The translations under genes were made by a program, and so were the position numbers. From Barthelona sp. PCE (lineage: Eukaryota), in the NCBI GenBank assembly GCA_040285745.1, contig JAUFOR010000008.1, forward strand, positions 310,001 through 374,000: 64,000 bases of DNA. Direction: 5' to 3'. Under the pieces are notes generated by a model that saw nothing but the letters and a program-made list of their open reading frames with translations, ran no database searches and was not told the origin of the DNA. Of this stretch, positions 19,866-30,738 are shown one piece after another (within the stretch, counting starts at the first letter, position 1; each line of letters starts with the position of its first letter).

Positions 19866-21941
19866 ATGTTGGTAAGGACATTCGTTCGTTTTGTCTCCGA
19901 CCATCGTGCAAACGGGGCACCTAAGCTAGCCAGAACAAATTCCACGGTGAAATTGCCAGATGACGAGTTGCATTTCACAGATGTATCCTCTGACGACACT
20001 CTGCCCGATGAGAGCTTCTTCCACAATTTCATGAGCATATACAGCAATATAATTCGTGTAGGTGAACAATCCAGTATTGTATGTTTGGAAAATCTTCAGT
20101 CCTTTTTGAAGCTAATTGATAATTTCACCAGCTTCTTTCCAAACCAAATTAAGAATGTTTCTGCATGTTCTATGCATAAACAATCGTTTATTGATCTCAG
20201 TACAAGAAATCGTCATGAATCATCATCTAGAACTGCTTTGATGACAATGTCAACCGATGAATTTAATCCAAGATCTCTACTGTTGGACGAAGACATGTGC
20301 TACCTTGTTGAATTCAGCTTAGGTGGAAAGAAAAAGGTGAGAATGTTACAGATTCCATCTATAGATGCAACTCAAAATGGTGCATTTTGGTTTTCATACA
20401 TTAAATCCCTTGCAATGAACGAGAAGCCTTCATACTGTCACATTTTAGATAAAATCTTTAATTTACTTGTCGACTCTATTGTTTTCATTGCATTTGTTCC
20501 AAATAGTATTGAAAATCGATTAACTTTGATGTATTTAGACAGTATGAAGAAGTATAATGGGTTATTTATTGGTAGTCCAAGCAAAAAATCACCTATACAT
20601 TCATTTTTTAAAAAAACCACCTTTGATGATGAAAATTGGGATAGAATAGAAGAATTAAATCAATTAAAACGTGTGGATAACATCGAGCGTATATTCTATG
20701 ATGCTGACGTTGGTATCAAGGATCTTGAAACACAATTCGAAAAGATTTCTCCCAAAGTCACCAAAAAATCGTCACCAAACATAGCTACTGTCTCACCAGT
20801 CTCAATATCACGTAACACAGAAGAGCGTGAACTTCTTCGTACCCGTGTTGCATTTTTAGAGAGTCAATTAGACGATGTACACAAGAAAATGGCTGAATTA
20901 TCAGCTAATATTGCCAAACCACCACATCGTTTACCTTTACCAAATTTTTCTCCAAATGTTGAAGTCCAGACATCAACGACAACACCATTAATACAAACGC
21001 CAACGCAAACAGATACGATGGTTCATCTGCAACGCGAGACTGGTACCCAGACGAATCTGATCATGAGCGAAGTTGGCACTCCGATACTCGCACCGGAGGA
21101 AATAGCCCCACCTTCTCCTGTCCCAGCTCCGTCTCCGTTGAAAGAAATGCGTAGGAAGAGTAAGGAGGATGAGCATGAGCGTATTACACAAGCAATTGAT
21201 AAATTTATCCTTACGTCGTCTTCTGAAGACGTTGTTGATAATGCCCAGTTTGAAAAGCTGATAGGACATCTTGACGAAATCAAGGAGAGGCTTGGAGCTT
21301 TAGAGTCAAAAGCTATTCCACTTAGTCCACCTGAAGTCGAAAAACCTCCCATTCCTGATGATATTAAGCAGTCTGTGATCAGTATGGAGTCAATGACTGA
21401 GCTTGCACACGTCATCAAAGAAGCAATTGTATCTGCTGCGCCAGTAACCCCTGAGAAGAAAATTGTCAGGACGAAGGACGTTTCACAAAGAATGGTTGAC
21501 ACAAACACCAGTCCTGACACGTTCTTCGATGTTAGTGCTGTCGATGATGATATCTATTCGGGATTTGAAACTTTTTCTGCACCCAATCCGATTTCTAAGC
21601 ATAATGAAGCCCCTCTTCATGTAGAAGATCTTGCAGAGCCAGTGAGGCCCGCTACAAAGGTGCAGGAGGATGTACCCAGATTGAGTAATTCAATTCAAGA
21701 ATTGAAGTTACGAACATCATCATTGATAACTGAAGAAAGGACTCCTTCACCAAAGAGAAAGAGGAGGCGAAAGTCACCTTTCTCTCGTCTCACTAGATCA
21801 CCCAAATCTCCGACTTCACTTAATGTATCTCCCAAACGAAAATCCCCATTAAGAAGTCCAAATAGAAGAGTCATCACACCAAGGACAAAGTCTAAAATAA
21901 TTAGGCAGCACGAAAAGCTTCATCAGAAGCCATGGTATTAA
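19866..21941 (+). CDS. Hypothetical protein with coiled coils and a Ser-Pro/basic C-terminal tail
   Basis: 691-aa ORF with a low-complexity SP/KR-rich end. Confidence 0.65.
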   Translation: MLVRTFVRFVSDHRANGAPKLARTNSTVKLPDDELHFTDVSSDDTLPDESFFHNFMSIYSNIIRVGEQSSIVCLENLQSFLKLIDNFTSFFPNQIKNVSACSMHKQSFIDLSTRNRHESSSRTALMTMSTDEFNPRSLLLDEDMCYLVEFSLGGKKKVRMLQIPSIDATQNGAFWFSYIKSLAMNEKPSYCHILDKIFNLLVDSIVFIAFVPNSIENRLTLMYLDSMKKYNGLFIGSPSKKSPIHSFFKKTTFDDENWDRIEELNQLKRVDNIERIFYDADVGIKDLETQFEKISPKVTKKSSPNIATVSPVSISRNTEERELLRTRVAFLESQLDDVHKKMAELSANIAKPPHRLPLPNFSPNVEVQTSTTTPLIQTPTQTDTMVHLQRETGTQTNLIMSEVGTPILAPEEIAPPSPVPAPSPLKEMRRKSKEDEHERITQAIDKFILTSSSEDVVDNAQFEKLIGHLDEIKERLGALESKAIPLSPPEVEKPPIPDDIKQSVISMESMTELAHVIKEAIVSAAPVTPEKKIVRTKDVSQRMVDTNTSPDTFFDVSAVDDDIYSGFETFSAPNPISKHNEAPLHVEDLAEPVRPATKVQEDVPRLSNSIQELKLRTSSLITEERTPSPKRKRRRKSPFSRLTRSPKSPTSLNVSPKRKSPLRSPNRRVITPRTKSKIIRQHEKLHQKPWY

Positions 21942-22288
21942 CTTTATTGTGATACCTTTCGCAATAGTGTAAAAGTATGTGATTTTTCTTCATTTTTGCT
22001 AGTTTTTGATTCTTCTTGCATTGGGCAAACATTGATATGGTATATATTTTTCATATTCACCTTATTTAATTCCGTATTGTAAGGTGAATTTCAATATTCT
22101 CCTTTGAGCTATCTCGACGATCCAGTAAAATATTTATGTCTAGTTGATAGAATGAATGATGTTTATACAAATTGTACCTGCTAATACTAAAATCGTCCAC
22201 GGATGTGCAACCGAAACCTAATTTTTTGACAATGCCTTGTTTTCTTTTATTTTCCCCTATTCATACATATCTACCCATACCCCATACA

Positions 22289-22942
22289 ATGAACAACACA
22301 GAAACAACCGCCCTAATCGTTATTGACGTTCAGAATGACTTCGCATCTGAAGAAGGCTCCCTATTTGTGTCAGGTGGGCCAGCAACAGTTCCCAACATCA
22401 ATGAAATCATGGAACACGAGTTTTTCGCCGCAAAGAACCCCATAATCGCAACCCAAGACTGGCATCCCACAAATCACTGTAGTTTTGTCTCAAATCATGA
22501 AGGTGCTCAGCTTTTCTCTCTTAAAACGCTTCCAAATGGTATTGAACAAGTCATGTGGCCTGTCCATTGTGTTCAAAACACAAAAGGATCGGAGTACCAC
22601 CCTGATCTCAACCTTCCCACAAACACAATTCACGTTAAGAAGGGAACTTTAAGTGACATAGACAGCTACAGTGCGTTCTTTGACAATGCTCGTGCCAATG
22701 CAACTCCTTTACATGGTATTTTAACTGATTTGAACGTCAAAAAGGTTATTTGTGTCGGTATTGCAACAGATTATTGTGTTAAATTTTCTGCTTTAGACGC
22801 TGTCAGCTTAGGGTATGAGACCCACCTTATTTTGAATTGTGTAGCAGGTGTTGCAGAAGATTCAACGAATACAGCTCTTGAAGAGCTAAAGGAAAAAGGT
22901 GTAATTATTCATGAGAATTTTGATATGTTTATTAATGAGTGA
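22289..22942 (+). CDS. pncA: Nicotinamidase/pyrazinamidase
   Basis: ALIVIDVQNDF, DWHP..H, WPVHCVQ, KKG..DSYSAF and GIATDYCV: full Asp-Lys-Cys triad and metal ligands. Confidence 0.95.
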   Translation: MNNTETTALIVIDVQNDFASEEGSLFVSGGPATVPNINEIMEHEFFAAKNPIIATQDWHPTNHCSFVSNHEGAQLFSLKTLPNGIEQVMWPVHCVQNTKGSEYHPDLNLPTNTIHVKKGTLSDIDSYSAFFDNARANATPLHGILTDLNVKKVICVGIATDYCVKFSALDAVSLGYETHLILNCVAGVAEDSTNTALEELKEKGVIIHENFDMFINE

Positions 22943-23008
22943 TCATAATCTCTTTGATTGTTATTAATGAAAGAATCAGATGCTTGTTATTGTAAATGAA
23001 TTAAAAAT

Positions 23009-23473
23009 CTATTGAGGTGATAATGGACTAAATGGCATATTTAAAGCTTGTTTTAGAGACGGTGTCACGGATGTTTGATGATCTACAAAGCTATCAACAA
23101 CATCCGTTGGCAAATCATACACATGTTCAAGTGCACTGTGTTCTTCCATCACCGAAAAATACTGGCTGATATCAAAATTGTACCCCGCTGCGGTTTTTTG
23201 TGAAGCATGAGTGTCAATTGGTGTTAAAATCCCATCAAAATCACTGAATTCTGATGTGAGCTCACAATGTACAACACTTGCTTCGCTCAGTTCTTCATCA
23301 TTTGGCTGTTGAACAGCAACGGTCGCAACCATTGATGTGTTTTCCATGCTTACCGCACACTGTTCCTCACCATTGGAATAATAAAAAGGATGACTGCTTG
23401 TACAATCACGCTCATCATCGTTATCATTGATGTCTACTCTGTGTATGCGGTGTGTAAAGGGTGAAAACGTCAT
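23009..23473 (-). CDS. Hypothetical acidic protein, 154 aa
   Basis: ORF fills the gap between neighbours; upstream TTTTCA/CCTTCA motifs. Confidence 0.55.
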   Translation of the reverse strand: MTFSPFTHRIHRVDINDNDDERDCTSSHPFYYSNGEEQCAVSMENTSMVATVAVQQPNDEELSEASVVHCELTSEFSDFDGILTPIDTHASQKTAAGYNFDISQYFSVMEEHSALEHVYDLPTDVVDSFVDHQTSVTPSLKQALNMPFSPLSPQ

Positions 23474-23647
23474 AATAACATTTGAAGGAGGTAATTATTG
23501 AAAATAAGCTTTTCTAAAACAATTTCATTGAAAAATACTGAATCAAACGGGTAACTTCACAATTAAAACATCGCCTGCGTTACACAAATTGGAATTGAAA
23601 ATATTCAGCTTGCAAATCCTTTATTTACTACCATTCATTGGATTTTC

Positions 23648-25498
23648 ATGTTTAATTCTATCCACATTCTGCTTTTTCTAATCTTATTGGGGTTTTCAAC
23701 TGTGAATTGTGTTTATGAACTAACACTTCGCGATTCATTTGATCTGGCATCCTATTCTGAGTTTTCATTCTTTTCTATTGCAGACGGAAGCTGCTCGGTG
23801 ACCATTTCATCCAACATTCCATACACATTTGCTGTTTGCCCATTATCAACAATGCATCTAAGTTATCCAAATTCTTTAACACTATTTGACACTACTCAGT
23901 ATGATTATCAGTGCATGTACGCTGCAAATGAAACGGGAGATAGTGTGCATCATATAACTTTTGACACAGCTTATGATGCTGAACTTCTTTTTCTAGCATC
24001 AGATGGATTATCTAGTGTTGGAACCGCAAAGATCATGTGTGAGCAGGGCGGGGCCAGCGGTTTCCTAAGCAGGAATTGGATCAGTGTAATGAGTAACTGT
24101 TTGCTTCTGGCTGGTTTGAATCTATTCATACTAATTGCTTTTTATTTCACTCGTAGATCCGGTGAGGCTGGTGTCGTGAAGGGAATAGTCATACCAATCG
24201 TGTTTACTCGGTCTGTCCTGTACTTATTTCAATATGCTGTTTTAACAATGGCTAACTCAGGTAGTAATGTAGGTGAGGGATATTTTTACATGGTTGAAGC
24301 TTTATTTGTCTCTTTTTGTATCTATCATCTCATGGGATGCTTCCTCGCACAAGAAATACCAATACAAATTTTTAAAAAATTGAAAATCACACGTGGTCAT
24401 AAACTTGAAGCTGAAGAAGAAGCCACAAAGATAAGAGGTATCATGATAATGTTGTTTGTGTGCTCTTTCCTGGCAGGATGGGCTGGTAAAGTATGGAACG
24501 TCATTTTCCCTCCTATGGTTCAAACTGGTATGCAGTGTGCACTTTTTATTGGTTACTTTGCGATGGATTTCAAGGTGGCTGGGGATGATTTCCACGGCGA
24601 ATTTCTTCAGTGTGATGAGATTATAGAAGCAGGCCTTGACGCCAGTGACCAATTTGTTCAAGCGGAAGGAGTCGACGTCCAATCCATATGGGAAGGCAGA
24701 TATGAGTCTGTCGCGTCGTACTCGATGATAACACTGGGTATTTATACTGCTTGGCTTGGATTTTATTCATTCCTTGGCAGATTCTTCTGGAACCCAGTAA
24801 CGGAGCCTAATGTCACCTTATGGTCGTATGGAATATTTGATATTTTGTTCATTGTGTGTTTGATGGCTCAGTTTTTCAATGAACGATGGTTCTTCAAGTC
24901 TGAGACTAAATTTTCGAGTTCAAATACGAATATCAGACCAGTACAGGTACAACCTCCTCAAAAGGACATGATGGCTACAATGAAGAACTTACCAATTGAA
25001 GAAACTGATGAGGAGGAGGTCATGTTCACGCCAGCTGAATATTACAGTGGTTTTGAGAGTGTTACTGCCGATAGTGAGTATGAGAGTGGTCCATCAACAA
25101 CCGCAAATATTGCTAACATGTATACAGGAACTGACGCTATCACAAAATACTATGGCCCTGAGCAAACAGCAACATATCCTGGTGCAAACCCAAGTACCAT
25201 TGCCATTGGTGGCTTACAGAGAGTTGAGAATGGACACTTTTTCATTTCATTAACTGATGTATCTGAATTAATCCGCATCAAATCTGAAAACTCTGTTATG
25301 ATTAAGATGAAGTTTACTGATTGGGACGATTCCACCATTGAACAATTTGGAACAGAGCTGGATTGTCATCAGGGTTGTTATGATAGCTCGCTAATTATGA
25401 TTACTGAACCTACTAACGGTGTTGTTTCTATTAAGCTAAGGAAACCATTAGATCTTGAATTTGAAGTCAGCTATATTGAAATTGAAATCATGAATTAA
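23648..25498 (+). CDS. Signal peptide + ectodomain + 7-TM protein (GOST/GPCR-like topology) with a long C-terminal domain
   Basis: Hydrophobic N-terminus, ~120-aa luminal beta domain, seven hydrophobic segments, ~200-aa tail. Confidence 0.6.
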   Translation: MFNSIHILLFLILLGFSTVNCVYELTLRDSFDLASYSEFSFFSIADGSCSVTISSNIPYTFAVCPLSTMHLSYPNSLTLFDTTQYDYQCMYAANETGDSVHHITFDTAYDAELLFLASDGLSSVGTAKIMCEQGGASGFLSRNWISVMSNCLLLAGLNLFILIAFYFTRRSGEAGVVKGIVIPIVFTRSVLYLFQYAVLTMANSGSNVGEGYFYMVEALFVSFCIYHLMGCFLAQEIPIQIFKKLKITRGHKLEAEEEATKIRGIMIMLFVCSFLAGWAGKVWNVIFPPMVQTGMQCALFIGYFAMDFKVAGDDFHGEFLQCDEIIEAGLDASDQFVQAEGVDVQSIWEGRYESVASYSMITLGIYTAWLGFYSFLGRFFWNPVTEPNVTLWSYGIFDILFIVCLMAQFFNERWFFKSETKFSSSNTNIRPVQVQPPQKDMMATMKNLPIEETDEEEVMFTPAEYYSGFESVTADSEYESGPSTTANIANMYTGTDAITKYYGPEQTATYPGANPSTIAIGGLQRVENGHFFISLTDVSELIRIKSENSVMIKMKFTDWDDSTIEQFGTELDCHQGCYDSSLIMITEPTNGVVSIKLRKPLDLEFEVSYIEIEIMN

Positions 25499-25553
25499 CG
25501 GAACCATTGGTATTTGATTAATTCTAATCTTGTAAATATTCTTATGTTTTACA

Positions 25554-27374
25554 TTAATTAATGCTCCATCCTGAACTCTCTTCGGGATCTGCAATTTGTG
25601 AACGAAGACGATTACCCAACTCCTCGCTGATAACAGCACTATAATCTTCAAAAGCCAAATCATTCTCACCTAATTCCATAAGACAAAAAGCACGGTTCTG
25701 TAAAGCATGTTTGTTGTATGGGTTTAACTCTAATACTCGAGAGTATTCATCAACAGCTTCTTTAAATCTACCAAGACGAGCAAAAACATAAGCGAGGTTA
25801 TTACGAGTACGTACGCATGATGGTTTGAGCTCCAACGACCTTACATAATCTTGGATAGCATTTTTATAGTCATGCAGCTTACGAAACGCAAATCCACGAT
25901 TATTGAGGGTGCTTGTATTATCAGGTTGTAACTCTAGCGCTGTTGTGTAATCCATGAGAGCCTTGTCAAACTGACCGATAGATCTGTATGTATATCCTCT
26001 GTTATGCAGAAAAGTTGCGTTGTTGGGTTCAAGGAAAGTTGCCTGCGTAAAGTCATTAATTGCAAGATCATATCTCTGAAGTCGGTCATAAGCAAGCGCC
26101 CGGGAGTTATAGAATGATGCAGTGGGTTGTAACTCGATTGCCTTTGAAAAATCCATAATACTCTCTTCCAACTTGTTGAGCTTAAAATAACTGGATCCTC
26201 TGTTATGATATGCGTTAGAGTTTTCCTGCTGCATCTCAATTGCACGTGTGTAAACCTCGATTGCACGCTTGTTGTCATTCAGCTTGTCATAGGCAAATGC
26301 TAGATTGTAGCATGCTTTGAAGTGATCTGGGTTATACCTCAAACTTGTGATGTAATCTTTGATAGCCTGATGGAACTGACCTAATTTACGGTAAGAAAAA
26401 CCGCGGTTATGGTAGAAGTCCGCATTATCGTCTACTATTTCAATGGCTCGTGAAAAATCATCAATAGCAAGCTCATACTCTTCAAGACGGTCGTGTGAGA
26501 TACCTCTGTTATAAAACGCATATGCGCTAGATGGATCGATATCAATGGCACGTGAATAATCAGCTATGGCCTTTCTGTACTGATTGAGTTTGTCAAATGC
26601 AAAGCCACGATTAAAATAAGCTTTGAAAAAGGTATTATCAATCTCAATTGCTCTCGTATAGCTGACAATGGCTTCCTGAAACTTACCTTGCCTCCTAAGC
26701 ATCAATCCTGTCTCGTTACATTTGAGCGCTTCGTCCTTATTAGGTAACATAGCCTGCGGTTTATGTGGTAGGCGTGGTGTGTCTGAAGAGCGAACCTCTG
26801 TAGCCTCCTCCACAGTCGATATGCTGCGCGTTGACGTCGTGTCATCGTTCAGGAATGACATCTGACTCAGTGATCTCGGTCTTTGCTTGATTGGTGATCT
26901 TGTTGGACGATTGAGTGCCTTACCAATCTCTTCATCAATGACTCCTCGAAGCCACTTGCTGTTGCTTGTCTGATATGCAGTGTCGTGTGAGACCGAATCA
27001 TAATCGATCAACGCCTCTGCAAAATTATACATGTAATTCTTTAATCCACCTCGGGCATACAATGACCTACAACACATAGGGTCGCACTCGAGCGCACGGT
27101 CAAAGTCGTGCATGGCTTGGTCGTAATTACCATCACGCTGCGTTGCAATACCCTTCAAAAACAATATCTCGCTCACAATACTTTGTGATATCTTTTCACC
27201 AACCGCTAACTCGTAGGCTCTCTCCATGTCAGAAATAGCCAATGAGTAGTTCTTTAAACTCAAATATGCTTTCCCGCGCGAATAAAAATGATCGTACGTG
27301 ACGTTTTCTGACATATTAATCATCCCAGTCATGTCCTGGACAATGTCCGATGGTCTGACATGTATGTCCGTCAT
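25554..27374 (-). CDS. Tetratricopeptide-repeat protein (roughly 14 TPRs)
   Basis: Repeated AY.NRG...LG.Y..AI.DY.RAIE.DP units. ATG 27374 follows CCCATTTCA. Confidence 0.92.
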   Translation of the reverse strand: MTDIHVRPSDIVQDMTGMINMSENVTYDHFYSRGKAYLSLKNYSLAISDMERAYELAVGEKISQSIVSEILFLKGIATQRDGNYDQAMHDFDRALECDPMCCRSLYARGGLKNYMYNFAEALIDYDSVSHDTAYQTSNSKWLRGVIDEEIGKALNRPTRSPIKQRPRSLSQMSFLNDDTTSTRSISTVEEATEVRSSDTPRLPHKPQAMLPNKDEALKCNETGLMLRRQGKFQEAIVSYTRAIEIDNTFFKAYFNRGFAFDKLNQYRKAIADYSRAIDIDPSSAYAFYNRGISHDRLEEYELAIDDFSRAIEIVDDNADFYHNRGFSYRKLGQFHQAIKDYITSLRYNPDHFKACYNLAFAYDKLNDNKRAIEVYTRAIEMQQENSNAYHNRGSSYFKLNKLEESIMDFSKAIELQPTASFYNSRALAYDRLQRYDLAINDFTQATFLEPNNATFLHNRGYTYRSIGQFDKALMDYTTALELQPDNTSTLNNRGFAFRKLHDYKNAIQDYVRSLELKPSCVRTRNNLAYVFARLGRFKEAVDEYSRVLELNPYNKHALQNRAFCLMELGENDLAFEDYSAVISEELGNRLRSQIADPEESSGWSIN

Positions 27375-27383
27375 TATAAAAGG

Positions 27384-27392
27384 TGAAATGGG
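27384..27392 (-). promoter_or_regulatory. Initiator-like motif CCCATTTCA
   Basis: 9 nt before the TPR-gene ATG. Confidence 0.6.
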
Positions 27393-27437
27393 AAAACTTT
27401 GGTGAAACACAATTTTAATCCCTTTTACAACTGAATT

Positions 27438-27923
27438 ATGGCAAATAAGTCAGCCAAAAATCAACTCCGCAAGAACAAAAAGCATATGAAAGTACTGCGA
27501 CTGTGCCTTCTAGGTTTTAATTCTTGGTACTTATTATTTAGTTACCTTAGGGGGCTTAAATTCGGGTTTGGATCCATTTTAATGTATATAATAATTGCTG
27601 CTCTCCAGGTAATCCCATTCATGCTCCTTAAAAATGCAGCTAAACCAATTTATGAAGATGGTAATCTCATTTCTGGTGGCAAAGATTTAAATGCTGGTTT
27701 CATCAATGTGTATGCACACGATATTCTTTATCTTATGTGGATATTACTTGCTTTAAGTGCCATAAGTCCCAAATTTTTCTGGTTTTTATTAATAGTTCCA
27801 GGTTACGTTTTGAAGAAGGCTTGGACGTTATTTTTGAAAAACTACCTATTCCCTCCGTCTCCAGAGGACACTGTTGAGGAAACTCAAAAGAAAAAGAAAC
27901 AAAAAGTTCGTTATGTTCGATAA
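27438..27923 (+). CDS. TMEM208: TMEM208/Snd2 (DUF788)
   Basis: MANKSAK start, AKPIYEDGNLISGGKDLN, DILYL, S.KFFWFLLIVP and a basic tail. Confidence 0.9.
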   Translation: MANKSAKNQLRKNKKHMKVLRLCLLGFNSWYLLFSYLRGLKFGFGSILMYIIIAALQVIPFMLLKNAAKPIYEDGNLISGGKDLNAGFINVYAHDILYLMWILLALSAISPKFFWFLLIVPGYVLKKAWTLFLKNYLFPPSPEDTVEETQKKKKQKVRYVR

Positions 27924-27964
27924 TGATTAAAACTTTAATAGTAAATCGTAACTCTTTCACTTTA

Positions 27965-29479
27965 CTAATTTGTTTCATCAAACACTGATTGCATAAGCGT
28001 CTGTAACTTCTCATTAATAGAAGTATTTGCTTTCTGAAGATTACGCATTTCAGTTAAGGATATGTTCTTGAGCTCATCTGCAATCTTTAATCTGCGCTTA
28101 ACTTCATCCAACTCACCCGAAACTACGGCGTTGCGTTCCTTAAGGGTCTCATTGACACTTAACAAGCTATCTCTCTCAGTAGTAATCGAAGACAGTGAAT
28201 CAAGTGCAGTGGCGTTATCAACATTGGTTGTTGACACAATCTCGCGTAACTGTTCCAGCTCCTCAACAGCCTTAAGTAACTTCTTGGACTCTGTTAGGTA
28301 ATCAGTATTCGATTTGTTCAATTGAGATTTTGTTTCACTCAATTCCTTTGAGATTGACTCGATTGTTCCTTCTAATTCCTTAGTGTGCTCACTGTACTCT
28401 CCTCTAATCAGATCCAGCCTCTCAAACTCATGGTGCGTGTCTTCAATCCTACTTCTCTCTGATATTAGCTGATTCGAAAGTGTCTCCACCTCAACTTTCA
28501 TCTCTTTTGTTTGATCAACGGCAATGCGACGTTCCATGTCTGCCTTTGATGCCACCTCGTTAAGACGTTCATTTTGAGCTGATAATGCAGTATTGGTTGT
28601 ATTTAATTGTTCAAGATCCATCTCTAAAGTACGAATCTTTGTCTCCAATGCCATTTTGCTCGTCTCAAGCGACGATCTGAACTCCTGGTACTTGCGTTTA
28701 ATCATAGCAACTGCATCAGAAGTCTCATTCTGCTGGAATTTCTCTAGATCAAGTGAAAGAACCGCAACTTCACTTTTAGATGCAACAAGGTGGCTCTTCG
28801 TCTGCTCAAGCTCCTTTTCGCGTGAAACAAGTGTTGTTTTCACTGATTGATGATCAAATCGAAGAGCCTCCAGTTCCTTCCTCATTGTATCAAGTGATTC
28901 ATCTCTGTCACTGAGCAAAGCCTCAAGCTTCTCCTTATCAGAGTTCAGGAACGTAATTTCATTATCTCGTTCAGCAACCTTGGTGACCAACCCTTCTATG
29001 CGATCATTCTCAAGATTTTTAACATTATCAAACTGTACCTTCAGTGTCTCGTGGTCCTTTTGCAACGTATTATACAATTCTCTTAACTCACTCAGTTCGA
29101 CATTACGCATGTTTAAAGACTCTTTAGTATTGTCCACTTCTTCTTTTAATTCATCTTGCATGGAAACGTATTTCATCTTCAAGTTTAACATGTGGTCATC
29201 AAGATGACGAGTACGCTCTAATTCAGGAAGAGCAAGAGTAGCGCCGGTATCTGTGGCCCTATTCTTCAATCGAGGTCCTGGTTGCGTGATCTTCTTCTTA
29301 AGTAACGTACGTTCGAATTCTAATACTCGGATTTGGTCCTGAAGGTTGTTAATAATACCTTTTTCAACATTCTCTTCATCTTTTGATTGTGCGGAATGAG
29401 AAAAACGCAAACTACCATCATTGGTTGTGCCCAAAGAAGTGCGTAAGGTCCTTCGCGTTGAAATCAGCTTTGGATCCAT
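27965..29479 (-). CDS. Long coiled-coil protein
   Basis: 504 aa of E/K/L heptads. Confidence 0.75.
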   Translation of the reverse strand: MDPKLISTRRTLRTSLGTTNDGSLRFSHSAQSKDEENVEKGIINNLQDQIRVLEFERTLLKKKITQPGPRLKNRATDTGATLALPELERTRHLDDHMLNLKMKYVSMQDELKEEVDNTKESLNMRNVELSELRELYNTLQKDHETLKVQFDNVKNLENDRIEGLVTKVAERDNEITFLNSDKEKLEALLSDRDESLDTMRKELEALRFDHQSVKTTLVSREKELEQTKSHLVASKSEVAVLSLDLEKFQQNETSDAVAMIKRKYQEFRSSLETSKMALETKIRTLEMDLEQLNTTNTALSAQNERLNEVASKADMERRIAVDQTKEMKVEVETLSNQLISERSRIEDTHHEFERLDLIRGEYSEHTKELEGTIESISKELSETKSQLNKSNTDYLTESKKLLKAVEELEQLREIVSTTNVDNATALDSLSSITTERDSLLSVNETLKERNAVVSGELDEVKRRLKIADELKNISLTEMRNLQKANTSINEKLQTLMQSVFDETN

Positions 29480-29766
29480 GCAGAAATAAGAAATTTAAAT
29501 TGAAACAGGACTAATCCGATTGTTTCTTACCTTTATGACATCTGTAAATCGTTATATACAGCGCTTAACTTGATAAAAAACATGAACTCGCTCTCAAAAA
29601 AAACCTGTCGAATTTCTTTTCTCAAACATTTATTTTGCACCAGCTTCTTATCTTTCTAAAGAACAACAAATCAATTTTTACAACAAATTTGCTTACATAA
29701 TACTCAATTATATCCGAATTAAGAAACTTCCAATTTTCCTAACATGTAAATTGACATTGATATAAC

Positions 29767-30429
29767 CTACATTGAAAGAGTTACAGGCTTTTCCATGTCT
29801 AGATGTTCAAATGCAATATCAAATAAAACCTTATGGTCATCATAAGGTAAAACTTGAAACAATATATCTAATGAAGCTTTCTTGTGCTGTAAATAAGCTT
29901 CTGTTCGCTCAGGGCCCCAAATTGGCCTGCATTTGATACTATCAACATTATCAATTATATCTAAAAGCTTAACAATGCAAGCTTGTGTATTATATGAGTA
30001 TATGTCTTGCTCTTGTGCTCGTTTTGATTCTTCCCCGTGTAAGTTGGGGTCCTTTGTAACGTGCTTAACGGTTTCTACAACTGCAGCTCCGAAATGTTCA
30101 GTCATGAGTTCCTCAGAGCATTCTGTATCTTCTAAAACATCATGTAACATGCAGGGAATCAGCACATCGTTGCCATACCCAAGCCCAGCACCCATTCTTG
30201 CAAGTCTCATTGGGTGAATAATGTACGGTAAATTTGATGACTTGCGCTTCTGTTCTTTGTGCTGTTCAGTTGCGAAAACACAGGCGTCCAAAAGGCTAGC
30301 AGTGTTTAAACAGTGGGGATCGACCATGCTCCTGCCAATTGGGGGTTCTTCAGACTCTGCAGGTCTGCTTCTTTGCTCATTTGAGGGTTCAGTATGCCTT
30401 CTTCTTCTTGGTTCCTTAGCTTGAAGCAT
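29767..30429 (-). CDS. MESH1/HDDC3-like HD-domain hydrolase (RelA/SpoT hydrolase-only family)
   Basis: FATEQHKEQKRK, PYIIHP, LHDVLEDT, VTKD and VKLLDIIDN. Confidence 0.88.
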   Translation of the reverse strand: MLQAKEPRRRRHTEPSNEQRSRPAESEEPPIGRSMVDPHCLNTASLLDACVFATEQHKEQKRKSSNLPYIIHPMRLARMGAGLGYGNDVLIPCMLHDVLEDTECSEELMTEHFGAAVVETVKHVTKDPNLHGEESKRAQEQDIYSYNTQACIVKLLDIIDNVDSIKCRPIWGPERTEAYLQHKKASLDILFQVLPYDDHKVLFDIAFEHLDMEKPVTLSM

Positions 30430-30722
30430 TAATATTTGTTAGGTTTTGTATGTACCGGTATGAAAAAGGTTGAAAAAGGTTTAGCAAGTTGAACTGTGTC
30501 TCCAATACAACGACAGCCCAAATGACTTAGGTTATATGTCACTGATGTCCATGGCCCAGATATATTGAAACAATGTCTTAAACGCACAATAAAGTGTCAG
30601 TCTATAGATCTCTTAGGATCCTGGAATATTCTCACGTTTGTCGTACTTTTCGTGGAAACTACACCTAACATAGCTTAAATTCAGGCAAAAATCGAGCACA
30701 CAAAATTGAATATCCTTTTTCA

Positions 30723-30731
30723 CCCATTTCA
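30723..30731 (+). promoter_or_regulatory. Initiator-like motif CCCATTTCA
   Basis: 7 nt before the CCX ATG. Confidence 0.6.
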
Positions 30732-30738
30732 GTCTGAT

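Noticed and set aside
29480-29535. Perfect-looking donor AAG/GTAAGA on the minus strand upstream of the coiled-coil gene
   Set aside because: The upstream ATG frame stops before the donor and no convincing acceptor yields a better protein. A 5' UTR intron cannot be assessed.
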